Of a stretch of DNA of 64,000 nucleotides, positions 1-10,550 are shown piece by piece. The DNA comes from Vicinamibacterales bacterium. Lineage in GTDB: Bacteria > Acidobacteriota > Vicinamibacteria > Vicinamibacterales > UBA8438. The translations under genes and the position numbers were made by a program. Location: the NCBI GenBank assembly GCA_965208535.1, contig CBDBOU010000003.1, positions 132,638-196,637 of the forward strand, read 5' to 3'. The first letter of the stretch is position 1. Each line of letters begins with the position of its first letter. The notes beneath the pieces are model-generated. The model was not told where the DNA came from. It saw only the letters and a program-made list of their open reading frames with translations, and made no database searches.

Positions 1-349
1 CGCTCTTCGTCCTCGATCAGCTTCCCGCCGATTGCCAGCAGCGTGTCCTCGCCGTAGTGCTCGGGTCGGCGGTCGCGGTAGTCGCCCGGTCGGATGACGC
101 AGAAGACGCGTCGGCGTTCCGAACGGATCAATCGAAGGTGAGACGCACGTTCAGGCAGGCCGGGAGATCGGGTCGGTTCCGAATCGAATACAAGCACGCG
201 GTTCCTCGTGCGATCCAGTTCCGTTTTTTCCCATGACGCCAGGAAGATGTCTCCGGATGGGGCGACGGCTCCCCAGGACCACCGGGCCTGGAGCCGTGCG
301 CCCAAGTAATCGAAGAACTCCCTGAACTTCATCGTCAACTTCCGTCGGT

Positions 350-562
350 CTACAGTAAATCGCCCAGGATGCCCCGATCCAGCATGCGGGTGTCGTGGTT
401 GCGCTGCATCTCGTCGACAAGGGCATCCAGGGCGGCGGCGCAACGCGTCTTGTAGATCAGGCGCCATGAGTGCCCACCGTTGGGCAGCTTCTCGGCTCCC
501 TCGCGGATCAGCTTGCGTGCTTCGCAGGCCAGATCCATCAGGCGCTTGTCGAACTCGGACAT
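350..562 (-). CDS. Small hypothetical protein (70 aa), mobile-element-like
   Basis: ORF track; tightly packed (8-nt gap) behind 571-858 on the same strand; helical, charged composition. Confidence 0.45.
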   Translation of the reverse strand: MSEFDKRLMDLACEARKLIREGAEKLPNGGHSWRLIYKTRCAAALDALVDEMQRNHDTRMLDRGILGDLL

Positions 563-570
563 CGGCGTGG

Positions 571-858
571 TCAGTCGGTTGGCTCGTCGATCAGAAGATG
601 CTTCCGTCGATTCAGGAAGCTACTGATCTTGGATCGACTCTGTTGCAGATCGTAGACAAGGTCAGCGACTTCATCGGGCACTTCAAGTTGGTACTCGTCG
701 CCCTGTTTCGGTGTGACATCCAAGCCTGTCTCGGTCCGTCGTACCAAGGTTTCGATATCCTGCTTCAGGATCGCGACGGCTTTGGTCAGGTCCTCGGCCA
801 ACCGTGCGGCCTTCGATTCGAGGCAGGCCAAGTGCTTCCGCTCACTGAGCGTGCCCAT
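571..858 (-). CDS. Small hypothetical coiled-coil protein (95 aa)
   Basis: ORF track; heptad-like LESKAARLAEDLTKAVAILKQDIETL. Confidence 0.5.
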   Translation of the reverse strand: MGTLSERKHLACLESKAARLAEDLTKAVAILKQDIETLVRRTETGLDVTPKQGDEYQLEVPDEVADLVYDLQQSRSKISSFLNRRKHLLIDEPTD

Positions 859-958
859 GAATGACTTGCAGGATCTCCGCGTTTTGGTCCGCAGCCGTCA
901 TCAACCGGTCAGTGTAGCATGCGTCCTGACCGGCGCTCGGCATACTGGAGGAGACTCG

Positions 959-1126
959 ATGTCTGGACTGATCACGATCACCATCACGGAGCACCTGAAC
1001 GCAGATCAGGATCGGGACTGGCTGAAGCGCAAGGTCTTCCTGGAGCCGAAGGATCTGAGGAAGTTCATCACGGCTGTCAGCACCGTGATCGACCAAGCCG
1101 GAGAGGACGATCCTACCGAATCGTAG
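959..1126 (+). CDS. Small hypothetical protein (55 aa)
   Basis: ATG at 959 preceded by GGAGGAG ribosome-binding site; in frame with ORF 713-1126. Confidence 0.5.
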   Translation: MSGLITITITEHLNADQDRDWLKRKVFLEPKDLRKFITAVSTVIDQAGEDDPTES

Positions 1127-1337
1127 CCAGGAGTCGTTCGCCGCGCCCTGGTGTGCGCTGGTCCTTGGGCACGTCGAGTAGGGCGTCGAGCAGTTCCTCG
1201 AACGTGGCGTCGATGCCCAGGGGCTCCTCGAGTTCGGCCTGGGTCGGCTGGTACTCGGGGTCCATCTTCGACATCTGCGAGTTCTTGCTCGGAGGCCTCT
1301 GAGGCTTGGTTGCTGGCTCCTTCATGGCGACCAGCAT
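1113..1337 (-). CDS. Small acidic hypothetical protein (YQPTQAELEE...IDATFEELLDALL)
   Basis: ORF track; resembles short ORFs I recall beside IS1595-family elements (unverified). Confidence 0.45.
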   Translation of the reverse strand: MLVAMKEPATKPQRPPSKNSQMSKMDPEYQPTQAELEEPLGIDATFEELLDALLDVPKDQRTPGRGERLLATIR

Positions 1338-1396
1338 AGCACTTTTCTGCGTTCAACCGTTTGACGACAGAAGTTCGATCGGCGTAGCCTGAACTC

Positions 1397-1506
1397 GCCA
1401 GACAAGATGCGCGTGGCCCGACACCGGGCCGCCCGCTGACTACAACACCCGGCGCTCGTCGGGGAACAGGCGGGAGTCCGCACAGTACACGTGCGTCTTG
1501 TCTGGC
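1397..1506. repeat. 110-bp segment bounded by 19-bp inverted repeats
   Basis: GCCAGACAAGATGCGCGTG (1397-1415) vs reverse complement of 1488-1506 GCCAGACAAGACGCACGTG, 17/19 match. Confidence 0.7.
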
Positions 1507-1554
1507 AACCGGCCCGGTGACCACTTCAGGTCAGGGCCGATGGAGCCTGACACG

Positions 1555-2184
1555 ATGCACCGACAGATCCCATCACTGTCGAGGCGGACCGCGCTGATCT
1601 TCACCGTCGGTCTCGTCTGCACCGCCGGACTGATCTCCGGATGTTCGTCCGGAGAGTTCTCGTCGAGCAACAGCAGCAGATCCGGACGCCAGATGGATCT
1701 CGATCCTGCGGACCGCTGGCGTGCCGAGCTTGACCGGCGTCAGGCTGCAATAGAGCGAACGGCAACCAGGCGGTCAGAAGCAGTCCGGGAGTCGACGCCA
1801 GCCCCGTCGCCGGCCGTCTCGAGTCAGGATCCCCGAACGCGGTGGCAGAATCCGGAACCGGGAATGGCGGCGGCGTGCAGTCCGACGCATGTCGGAGTGC
1901 GAGCGTGCATCGGTGTCGTCGGCAATCCGCGGATGGTACTGATCGAGTCGAACCTGCATCTGCTGGCGGGCGACATCGTCAGGATGACGATCGACGCCAT
2001 CGGGTTCTTCACGGCCCGTGCCGAGCGGGATATGGGCAACGTCGCCTGGGTCGGTGTCGAAGCCGAACAGATGATTGCCGCCTTGCGCGCCGGCAACGAA
2101 GCCGTCATCACGCATGCCGACGGCGTCGAGTTCCGGGTCAGTCTGGGCGGATCGTCCGCCGCGATCGACCGGGCGCTGCGGTGA
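1555..2184 (+). CDS. Putative lipoprotein, hypothetical
   Basis: Hydrophobic signal and lipobox-like LISGC; C-terminal ALRAG...SLGGSSAAI pattern; start uncertain (1498 or 1555). Confidence 0.6.
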   Translation: MHRQIPSLSRRTALIFTVGLVCTAGLISGCSSGEFSSSNSSRSGRQMDLDPADRWRAELDRRQAAIERTATRRSEAVRESTPAPSPAVSSQDPRTRWQNPEPGMAAACSPTHVGVRACIGVVGNPRMVLIESNLHLLAGDIVRMTIDAIGFFTARAERDMGNVAWVGVEAEQMIAALRAGNEAVITHADGVEFRVSLGGSSAAIDRALR

Positions 2185-2425
2185 TCCGTCATGACTGGAG
2201 GCGCGGGAAACTCGACCCGCAATGTTGTGGGAGAAACCCGGATCAGACTGTTGAAATGGACAACATTCTGTTGAAGAGTCGAACGCCCGGCACGCACTGC
2301 GAGGGGCAGTGGCGCCGGGACCTCAAGGCAGGTGACAAGGCCGCTCGTGGAGATGAGGGTGACCGTCAGATGTGAACAGCCAAAAGCGTTGATCGAGCTT
2401 GCGCCTCGCGGAACCAGCTTGCGGA

Positions 2426-3550
2426 CTACCCAAGCGCCGCCGACCCGGCGGGGCTTTGCACGGTCAGTTCGCCGAAATCGTAAACGCTCCGGACTAGCGC
2501 CTGTACTTTGTCGAGCGCCGGCCGGTCTCCCGCCGCGAACGAGCACATCGCGTGAATCGTGTCGGCAACGCCTTCTCGCAGCGCCGGGAGTTCGTACGCA
2601 CGCGCTCCAACTGCCTGCGGTGCTGGAGGCTCCCCGGTCAGCATCTCGATCCAAGCCACGCCAAGACTGTAGATGTCAGACTCCGGCTCGGCCCCGTGAG
2701 CATGCTGCTGCTGCTCGGGGGCCACATAGTACCACGAGCCCAGCTGCAGTGACTGCCGAGTGATCGCGCCCGCGTGCGTCACGAGGGGATCGAAGTCATT
2801 CCACCTCACCACACCAAGGTCGCTCAGCTTGTACGTATCCGCGAACTCGAGGATGTTGGCCGGCTTTACGTCGCGGTGAACGTGGCCTCTGCCATGGATG
2901 TACCTGAGCCCCTCGATGCAGCAGTCAATGATCTCCGCGGCTTCTTCCTCTGGAACGGGGCTGTCGGACTTGAGGCGATCTGCCACAGATCGATCCGCAA
3001 GTTCCATGATCAGGAACGGGTGCTTCTCGGTCTGACCTCGGTCCAGGTACCGCACAATGTTCGGGTGCTGGAGAGTCTGCCCGTACTTGGACTCGTTGCG
3101 AAAGCGTTGACGGATGTCCGGCATCTTGGAGCCCTGCAAGAAATCGGTCTTGGGCAGCATGACCTTGGCTGCATACCGAACATTGTTGTTCGCCTTTGCG
3201 ACCCACACTTGGCCGATCGCGCCCGCGCCGATCTGCTGATCCAGGTAGTAGGTTTCGTGCTCACCAACGAACCTGTCGCCTGGCGCGATAACGATGGTTC
3301 GTGGCGCTTGCTGCGTGAAGGTCTCGTCGAAGAATTGCTCCTCAATGTCCGACCCATCTAATCTCACCTGTAGTCGCCGGTCCTTCAACCTGAGGAGGAA
3401 CGGGGCGATCTTATTCTTGTGAATGTACGTCACTAGCGAGGACTCGGACCAACCCGTGACCTGCTTCACGTGTTCGTACGTGACCACCGTTCCGGCAGTC
3501 TGCTGCCGGAGCCACTCAAACAAGCGCTGCGAACCCTTCGTGAGCACCAT
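2426..3550 (-). CDS. Soluble Hanks-type Ser/Thr protein kinase with N-terminal putative winged-helix domain
   Basis: GAGAIG, AAK, HPNIV, HRDVKPANIL, SDLG, YVAPE, SDIYSLG motifs; ATG 1 nt after the MTase stop; no transmembrane segment. Confidence 0.92.
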   Translation of the reverse strand: MVLTKGSQRLFEWLRQQTAGTVVTYEHVKQVTGWSESSLVTYIHKNKIAPFLLRLKDRRLQVRLDGSDIEEQFFDETFTQQAPRTIVIAPGDRFVGEHETYYLDQQIGAGAIGQVWVAKANNNVRYAAKVMLPKTDFLQGSKMPDIRQRFRNESKYGQTLQHPNIVRYLDRGQTEKHPFLIMELADRSVADRLKSDSPVPEEEAAEIIDCCIEGLRYIHGRGHVHRDVKPANILEFADTYKLSDLGVVRWNDFDPLVTHAGAITRQSLQLGSWYYVAPEQQQHAHGAEPESDIYSLGVAWIEMLTGEPPAPQAVGARAYELPALREGVADTIHAMCSFAAGDRPALDKVQALVRSVYDFGELTVQSPAGSAALG

Positions 3551-3551
3551 C

Positions 3552-4259
3552 TCACTGCCCCTCTTGTTGAAGCCTCTGGCGTGCGACCTCGATGGCCTTG
3601 CCGCAGACATCGTTCCCCAGGAATCTCCTGCCGTGCCGCAAGGCCGCGACGCCAGTCGATGCGGATCCCATAAACGGATCGATCACGGTTTCCTGTCGTT
3701 CCGTACTCTGACAGATCAAGACCTCGGCGACCTCCACGGGCTTTTCGGCCGGATAGCCGTTGTGCAGGCGCGGCACCTGGATGACATCCGGCACTCCGAG
3801 ATCGTTGAGCCTGCGCTTGCCCTTCTCGAAGAACAGGACGAACTCGTATCGCGCTCGGTAGTGATACCCCATGCCGATCTTCATCTTGTCCCAAACCAAG
3901 GGCTTCCAGAATCGAAAGCCGGCCTGCTCGGCTATCGGCTTCACGACGAACATGGTCTCCTGGTCGCAGAACAGGTAGAGATGGCGGTCGCGCCGCAAGA
4001 CCCTGTACAGCTCTTCGAGCAATTCCCGAAACCGCGCGTTGGGAAAAACGCGGAACCACTCGTTGCTTGAGGACTTGCTGACCTTTAGGCGCGTCGTTGT
4101 GCCGATGGCGCGGTGTTTCTCCAGGGACTCGTACGGCGGATCCGTTACGATGAGGTCTACCGATTCGTCAGAAAGTCCCCTGAGCCATTCGACAGCATCA
4201 GCGCGCGAGAGTTGGGCCGGCTCGGGCTTGACCTCTCGCAACAGCGGTGAACTTGCCAT
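3552..4259 (-). CDS. Site-specific DNA methyltransferase (N4-C/N6-A, beta class)
   Basis: Motif IV DPPY near the N-terminus and motif I DPFMGSAS near the C-terminus; PAEKP; start probably ATG 4259. Confidence 0.93.
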   Translation of the reverse strand: MASSPLLREVKPEPAQLSRADAVEWLRGLSDESVDLIVTDPPYESLEKHRAIGTTTRLKVSKSSSNEWFRVFPNARFRELLEELYRVLRRDRHLYLFCDQETMFVVKPIAEQAGFRFWKPLVWDKMKIGMGYHYRARYEFVLFFEKGKRRLNDLGVPDVIQVPRLHNGYPAEKPVEVAEVLICQSTERQETVIDPFMGSASTGVAALRHGRRFLGNDVCGKAIEVARQRLQQEGQ

Positions 4260-4579
4260 TACCGCGGGGACAATACTCCACAACCGGCGGTAAGTCAACG
4301 AGTTACGCAGATCAGCGCGAGGGGCTTCGGCCAACAGCTTGAGGCCGGCGGCCGGCACCGAGCCCCACGAGGCCGCCCATAACAGGCGCGCGATTCCCAT
4401 GCGGGCGAGCCCTGCGAGAGCGTGCGATCCGAGTGTTCCACGGCTCCACGTGGAACGCCGAACTGTTCCACGGTGCTGCCAAGCCTGCTGGAGGCTAACC
4501 CGGCGCGCTCGATCCGTGGCCGGAACTGCTCGACCTCGGACTCGGCCGCCTCGAGGCGATCGAGGCGACAGGCCGCAGG

Positions 4580-5128
4580 ATGAGCGCAGGCGCCATAACC
4601 CGACTCCCCATCACGCTCGATGTCCGCACGCTGGAGCGAGCTCGGGTCGCCGCCGCGGCTGAGGGACTGACGATCCCGGCCTTCATCTCCAAGTTCGTCG
4701 CGGACGCGCTGTCTCAGCAGCAGCCCGAGTCCCCCGGAGGGCGTAGCACGCCTCGTCGCTGGACACGTCGCGCGCCTGGCGCAATCGCCTGCAATGCGCC
4801 GGCCGCGCAAAGGGGCTCGACGTGCCAGCGTTTCCGCCGCGCTTCTCTTCGTCGGTCATCGTCACGACTCCTTCTTCTCCCGTCGCCGGTGTCTCCAGTG
4901 TACCGGCGGCTTCCAGCCAAGAGCGATCTTGGCGGCGCGCTGGCCGTGCTTGACGAGTTCAGCATAGGGCAGCACCCGACCGTCGGCACCCCGGACCATC
5001 AGGGCGATCTGTTCGATCGTGTCGAAGGGACGGCAGTTGTGCCTGGCTTCGAACTCGGTCACGTACCGGTGCAGATGCTCCCACGACATCCAGTGATACA
5101 CGCCGACGTAGCCACGCTTCACCATTGA
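4580..5128 (+). CDS. Possible ribbon-helix-helix protein (first ~46 aa); the rest of the ORF runs antisense into the transposase
   Basis: TRLPITLD-helix-GLTIPAFISKFVADAL pattern. Confidence 0.3.
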   Translation: MSAGAITRLPITLDVRTLERARVAAAAEGLTIPAFISKFVADALSQQQPESPGGRSTPRRWTRRAPGAIACNAPAAQRGSTCQRFRRASLRRSSSRLLLLPSPVSPVYRRLPAKSDLGGALAVLDEFSIGQHPTVGTPDHQGDLFDRVEGTAVVPGFELGHVPVQMLPRHPVIHADVATLHH

Positions 5129-5899
5129 CCAGAACGACTCGATGCCGTTCGTGTGGGCCTGACCGTTGACGTACTCTCGGGCGCGGTGCTTCACCGCGGC
5201 GTGGTTCGGCAGGTTCTCGTAGGCGGGGGATTCGTCGGTGTAGAGCGGCGTGTGTTCGTTCCGGAACCGTTCAACGAACTCGCGCAGGGCTTCGCCGTTC
5301 ACGGTGCCGACGACGTGGATTCGGACCTGCTTTGTGTGCCGATCCTTGACGCCGGCGATGGCGATCTTGTTCACGGTCGGCCCCTGGCCCTTGAACTGCT
5401 TGCGCCGGCTGGCGCTCATCTTGCTGAGCTTCCCGCCAATCCATGCTTCATCAGCTTCCAGAGGTCCATCGAAGACTTCGTCCTTGTCATGGTCGCGGCG
5501 CCACATCTCCCGGATCCGGTGCCCCATGAACCACGCCGACTTCTGCGAGATCCCAAGGTCGCGGTGGATTCTCAGGCTCGATACGCCCTTGATGCCGACC
5601 GAGTGCAGGTACATCGCGATCAACCAATCCTGAAGCGTGATCTTGCTGTTCTGCATCGGTGTGCCGGTGCGGACCGAGAAGAACTTCCGGCAGTCCCGAC
5701 ACTGGAACGGCATCTTCTTGTGCTTGGTCTTGGTCAGGACGTTCATCGATCCGCAGCCATCGCGCGGGCAGGCGATGCCGTTCGGCCACCGCCATCGGAT
5801 GAGGGTCTTTTCGGCCGCAGCGTCAGTAGGCCATCGCTTGAACAGCTTCTTCAGCGAGATCCCTTTGCGGTCCGCCCGGCCCGGTCCCTTGGAGGACAT
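4862..5899 (-). mobile_element. IS1595-family (ISXO2-like) DDE transposase
   Basis: Zn ribbon CPRDGCG...CRDC; EADEAWIGG, YTDESPAY, HTNGIESFWS; terminal inverted repeats not resolved. Confidence 0.92.
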
Positions 5900-6498
5900 A
5901 GGGATATGCTGAACGAGAGGCACTTCGTATGGCAAGCTGTAACTCACAGAAAAATAACGACTTATCCTCCTTGAACAGGTTTCGGAGCGAAAGGTCGATC
6001 CATGCTACTGGATCGATCGGACTCTGGACGGGCCGATGACGCGATCTAGGTCTGCGCGGACCTGGGCGAGCGCCGTCTGTGCGGCATGCGCGTTGCCTCG
6101 GGACTGGTGCTCGCGGGCGGCGTGCAGCAGTGCACCGGACGTGTGTCGGAACTCCTCGAGGCGGTCAGATGCCCACGTACAGAAGGCTGTCTGCGTCGAC
6201 TCCAGGATTTCGATCTGTTCGTTGAGTGACTGGCCGGTGGACACCGGCTGAGGCAGTGTGGCAGAATTCGAATGCGGCAACGCCGTATCTCCAGCGGGTC
6301 GCCTTCGGTTTTCAGCCTAGCCAAGACTTCGGCCGAGGGCGCCCGCGCCAATTCACCCCCACAACACGCGAGGATGCACCTACAGTACCGGCTCGGGCCG
6401 ACGCCGGTCAAGCGATCCGGATCAGGTTATTTTCAACTACCTGGCAGGGGCATGAATACGCCGAAACCGCCCGACTGGATTGATCTTTTCGCTCGCTC

Positions 6499-7056
6499 GT
6501 GATCACCCAGGGTTATAGTCCCCTTCTCGCTCACGCTCCCGTGACTCGTGAACAGCACGAGGCCTTTCGAACTTGGCTCGGGCGCTTCGCGGAGTGGCTG
6601 TTCAATACGGATCACATAGTGGTTAGGTATGGGATTACCTACGATGGTGTTGACATCGAAAAGCTGTCGCCTGGAACCCGCGGCATAGTTCTCTTGCTTC
6701 TCTATCTGGCGCTCGACGATGACGATGACAGGCCGCTGATTATCGACCAGCCTGAGGAGAACCTGGACCCCCAATCGGTGTTCGACGAACTGGTCCCGAC
6801 GTTCATGGAGGCTAAGGCAAGGCGGCAGGTTGTCATGGTGACGCACAACGGGAATCTGGTCATTAACACAGACGCAGATCAGGTCATCATTGCGGACGCG
6901 GAGCCGCAACCTCATGGTGGTCTCCCACGGCTCACATACCGCGCGGGCGGTCTAGACAATGCCGCGATTCGAAAAGCGGTCTGTGACATTCTCGAGGGCG
7001 GCGAACGTGCGTTCCAGGAACGTGCGCGGCGATTGCGCGTGCGCCTGGAGCGGTAG
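6499..7056 (+). pseudogene. C-terminal remnant of an ABC-type ATPase of the PHP-ATPase (Ppl/TrlF-like) kind
   Basis: Signature LSPGTRG, Walker B IIDQPE, H-loop VTH; Walker A and N-terminal domains absent; in-frame TGA at 6481-6483 just upstream. Confidence 0.7.
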
Positions 7057-7130
7057 GTATGGCGATTCGGATCCGGATGACATCTTGCTGGTGCGAGTCC
7101 CTGGCGGCTCAAACACGATCGTGAATCGAG

Positions 7131-8402
<1,272 letters not shown>

Positions 8403-8522
8403 CGCGCCCCCGCAAGGCAATCCAGACCGCGCTTCCGATGCGACGCTCGCCGAGGCGGAAGATTGGCTGCGCCGCGTTGGACTCCCGACACGGGCATCGC
8501 TGTCGTGCGGCTCATCCGTCCG

Positions 8523-10367
8523 TCAGTACGCCAGCGCGTAGCAGTCGCGCCGCGGGTCGCCCGCCGCCAGGCGGTTGCCGGTCGCCGGATCGATGAGCAC
8601 CGCGGTCGCGCAGCCGGACATCCCGAAGGGCCGCACCTCGTTGACGTGGTGCCCCCGGCGGCGCAGCTCGTTCGCCACCTCGGACGAGATGCGCGATTCG
8701 AGGTCCATCCGGTTGAAGCCGGCGGCATGCGGCCAGAACGACCCGTGCAGGTGCTGCGTCCGCACCCGCGGCCACGCGATCGCGTCGTGCAGGTTGGGGT
8801 ACCAGTCGTCCCAGAACTCGACGATGTTCAGGAACGCCTGCAGGATGGTCTGGTCCTGGTTGTCGCCGCCCGGCGTGCCGATGGCCATCAGCGGCTCGCC
8901 GTCCTTGAACACGATGCTCGGCGTCAGCGTGTAGCGCGGGCGGGCGCGCGGGCGGATCTGGTTGGCGCGGTCCGGATCGAGCCAGAACTGCTCGCCGCGG
9001 GTGCTGAGCCCGATGCCCGTGTTGCCGAGGATGACCCCGCCGCCGGTCCAGCCGCCGCTCGGCGTGGCGTCGAACACGTTGCCGTCCTCGTCGATGACCG
9101 CGATGTGCGTCGTGTCCTTCAGGCCGCCCGCCGACGGCACGAACGATCCGTCGGCGTCGCTGGCCGCCACGCCGTCCGCGATGTCGGCGACCCAGAACGG
9201 CCAGTCGTTCACGTTCGGGTCGTGCGGCAGCGGGTCGCCGGCCCGGAACGCGCGCGACGCCACGGCCGGGTCGATCTGTGCCGCGCGCTCCTGCGCATAG
9301 GTGGTGGAGAGCAGGCCCTCGGCCGGCACGTCGACGAAATCCGTGTCCGCGTAGTAGGTGTCGCGGTCCGCGTAGGCCAGCTTCATCGCCTCGACGACGG
9401 TGTGGATGTAGTCGGGGCTGTTGTGGCCCATCGCCTGCAGGTCGAACTCCTCCAGGATGTTCAGGGCCTGCAGCAGGACCGGGCCCTGGCTGTTGAAGCC
9501 GTGCTTGTAGATGGTGTAGCCGCGGTAGTCGGTGGTCGTCGGTTCCTCGACCCGCGAGTAAAACTCGGCGAAGTCGCTCAGCTCGAACGGCGCACCGTGC
9601 TCCTGCAGGAAGGCGACCATCTCCTCGGCGATGTCGCCCTTGTAGAATCGATCGCGGGCGGCGGCGATACCCTGCTCGCGGCCGAGATGGGCGTTGGCCC
9701 GCTCCGCCTCCACCATCTTCGTGAGCGTGGCGGCCAGGGTGGGGAACTTGATGGTCTCGCCCGCCGCGTAGAGCGAGCCGTCGGGCTTCAGCCAGAAGCG
9801 CTGGTTGTCCGGCCACGCCTCCATGAACTCGAGGTTCGCCTCGATGGCGCGCGCCGTGAGCGGGCGGAGCGGGAAGCCGTGCTCCGCGTACTCGATGGCG
9901 CGGGCCGACACCTGCTCGAAGCCCATCGTGCCCCAGCGCTCCAGCACGGTCAGCACGCCATGCAGCGCGCCGGGGACGACGGCCGGGTCGAGGCCTTCGC
10001 CGAACAGGTCGCGTTCCCGCGACTCGTACCACTCGATGCTGGCCCCCTTGGGCGCCCAGCCCTGGGCGACGACGGAGGTGACCTTGCCCTCGGCCGCGGG
10101 GTAGACCAGAACCAGCGACTCGCCGCCCAGCCCGTACAGGTCCTGCTCGATGACGCCGCCCACGAGCATCGCCGTCACGCCCGCGTCGAACGCGTTGCCG
10201 CCCTGGATCAGGATCTCGAACGCGGCGGCCGTGGTCAGCGGATGTCCCGTCGACAACCCCGCGCGCGGTCCGGACACGGCCGGGCGCTGGGCCTGCAGCG
10301 TCGACGTCGCCAGGGCCAGCAGCAGTCCGGCCAGAACGAGGTGGAATACGGTTCTGCGCTGCATCAT
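8523..10367 (-). CDS. ggt: Gamma-glutamyltransferase family protein (secreted)
   Basis: Signal peptide; GGNAFDA; nucleophile motif DTTH; GTPGGDNQ. Confidence 0.9.
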   Translation of the reverse strand: MMQRRTVFHLVLAGLLLALATSTLQAQRPAVSGPRAGLSTGHPLTTAAAFEILIQGGNAFDAGVTAMLVGGVIEQDLYGLGGESLVLVYPAAEGKVTSVVAQGWAPKGASIEWYESRERDLFGEGLDPAVVPGALHGVLTVLERWGTMGFEQVSARAIEYAEHGFPLRPLTARAIEANLEFMEAWPDNQRFWLKPDGSLYAAGETIKFPTLAATLTKMVEAERANAHLGREQGIAAARDRFYKGDIAEEMVAFLQEHGAPFELSDFAEFYSRVEEPTTTDYRGYTIYKHGFNSQGPVLLQALNILEEFDLQAMGHNSPDYIHTVVEAMKLAYADRDTYYADTDFVDVPAEGLLSTTYAQERAAQIDPAVASRAFRAGDPLPHDPNVNDWPFWVADIADGVAASDADGSFVPSAGGLKDTTHIAVIDEDGNVFDATPSGGWTGGGVILGNTGIGLSTRGEQFWLDPDRANQIRPRARPRYTLTPSIVFKDGEPLMAIGTPGGDNQDQTILQAFLNIVEFWDDWYPNLHDAIAWPRVRTQHLHGSFWPHAAGFNRMDLESRISSEVANELRRRGHHVNEVRPFGMSGCATAVLIDPATGNRLAAGDPRRDCYALAY

Positions 10368-10466
10368 GATGTCCACTCCCGATTCAGGACCGCGGTTGTC
10401 CGGGGTCCACGTCCGCCGCCGCACCGGCCTCGGTCCAACGACGAACCACTCGACTATCCGACGGAG

Positions 10467-10550
10467 TCCGCTTCACTCGCCGACCGCGGAAATCCATCTC
10501 ATTCGCCGACGGCGAAGTCCGCCTCATTCGCTGACGACGAAGTCCGCCGA
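10467..10550. repeat. ~25-bp degenerate tandem repeat x3 including the stop codon of the adjacent gene
   Basis: Units start at 10467, 10493, 10518 (TCCRYYTCAYTCGCYGAC...GAAR) with a partial unit at 10543. Confidence 0.75.

Noticed and set aside
4290-5965. IS1595 terminal inverted repeats (GAGTTAC at ~4300 vs ~5940; weak similarity at ~1385)
   Set aside because: Only ~7 matching bases and no target duplication; element ends left undefined
6005-6280. 91-aa ORF beside the transposase
   Set aside because: No motif or clear RBS; may be real but cannot be supported
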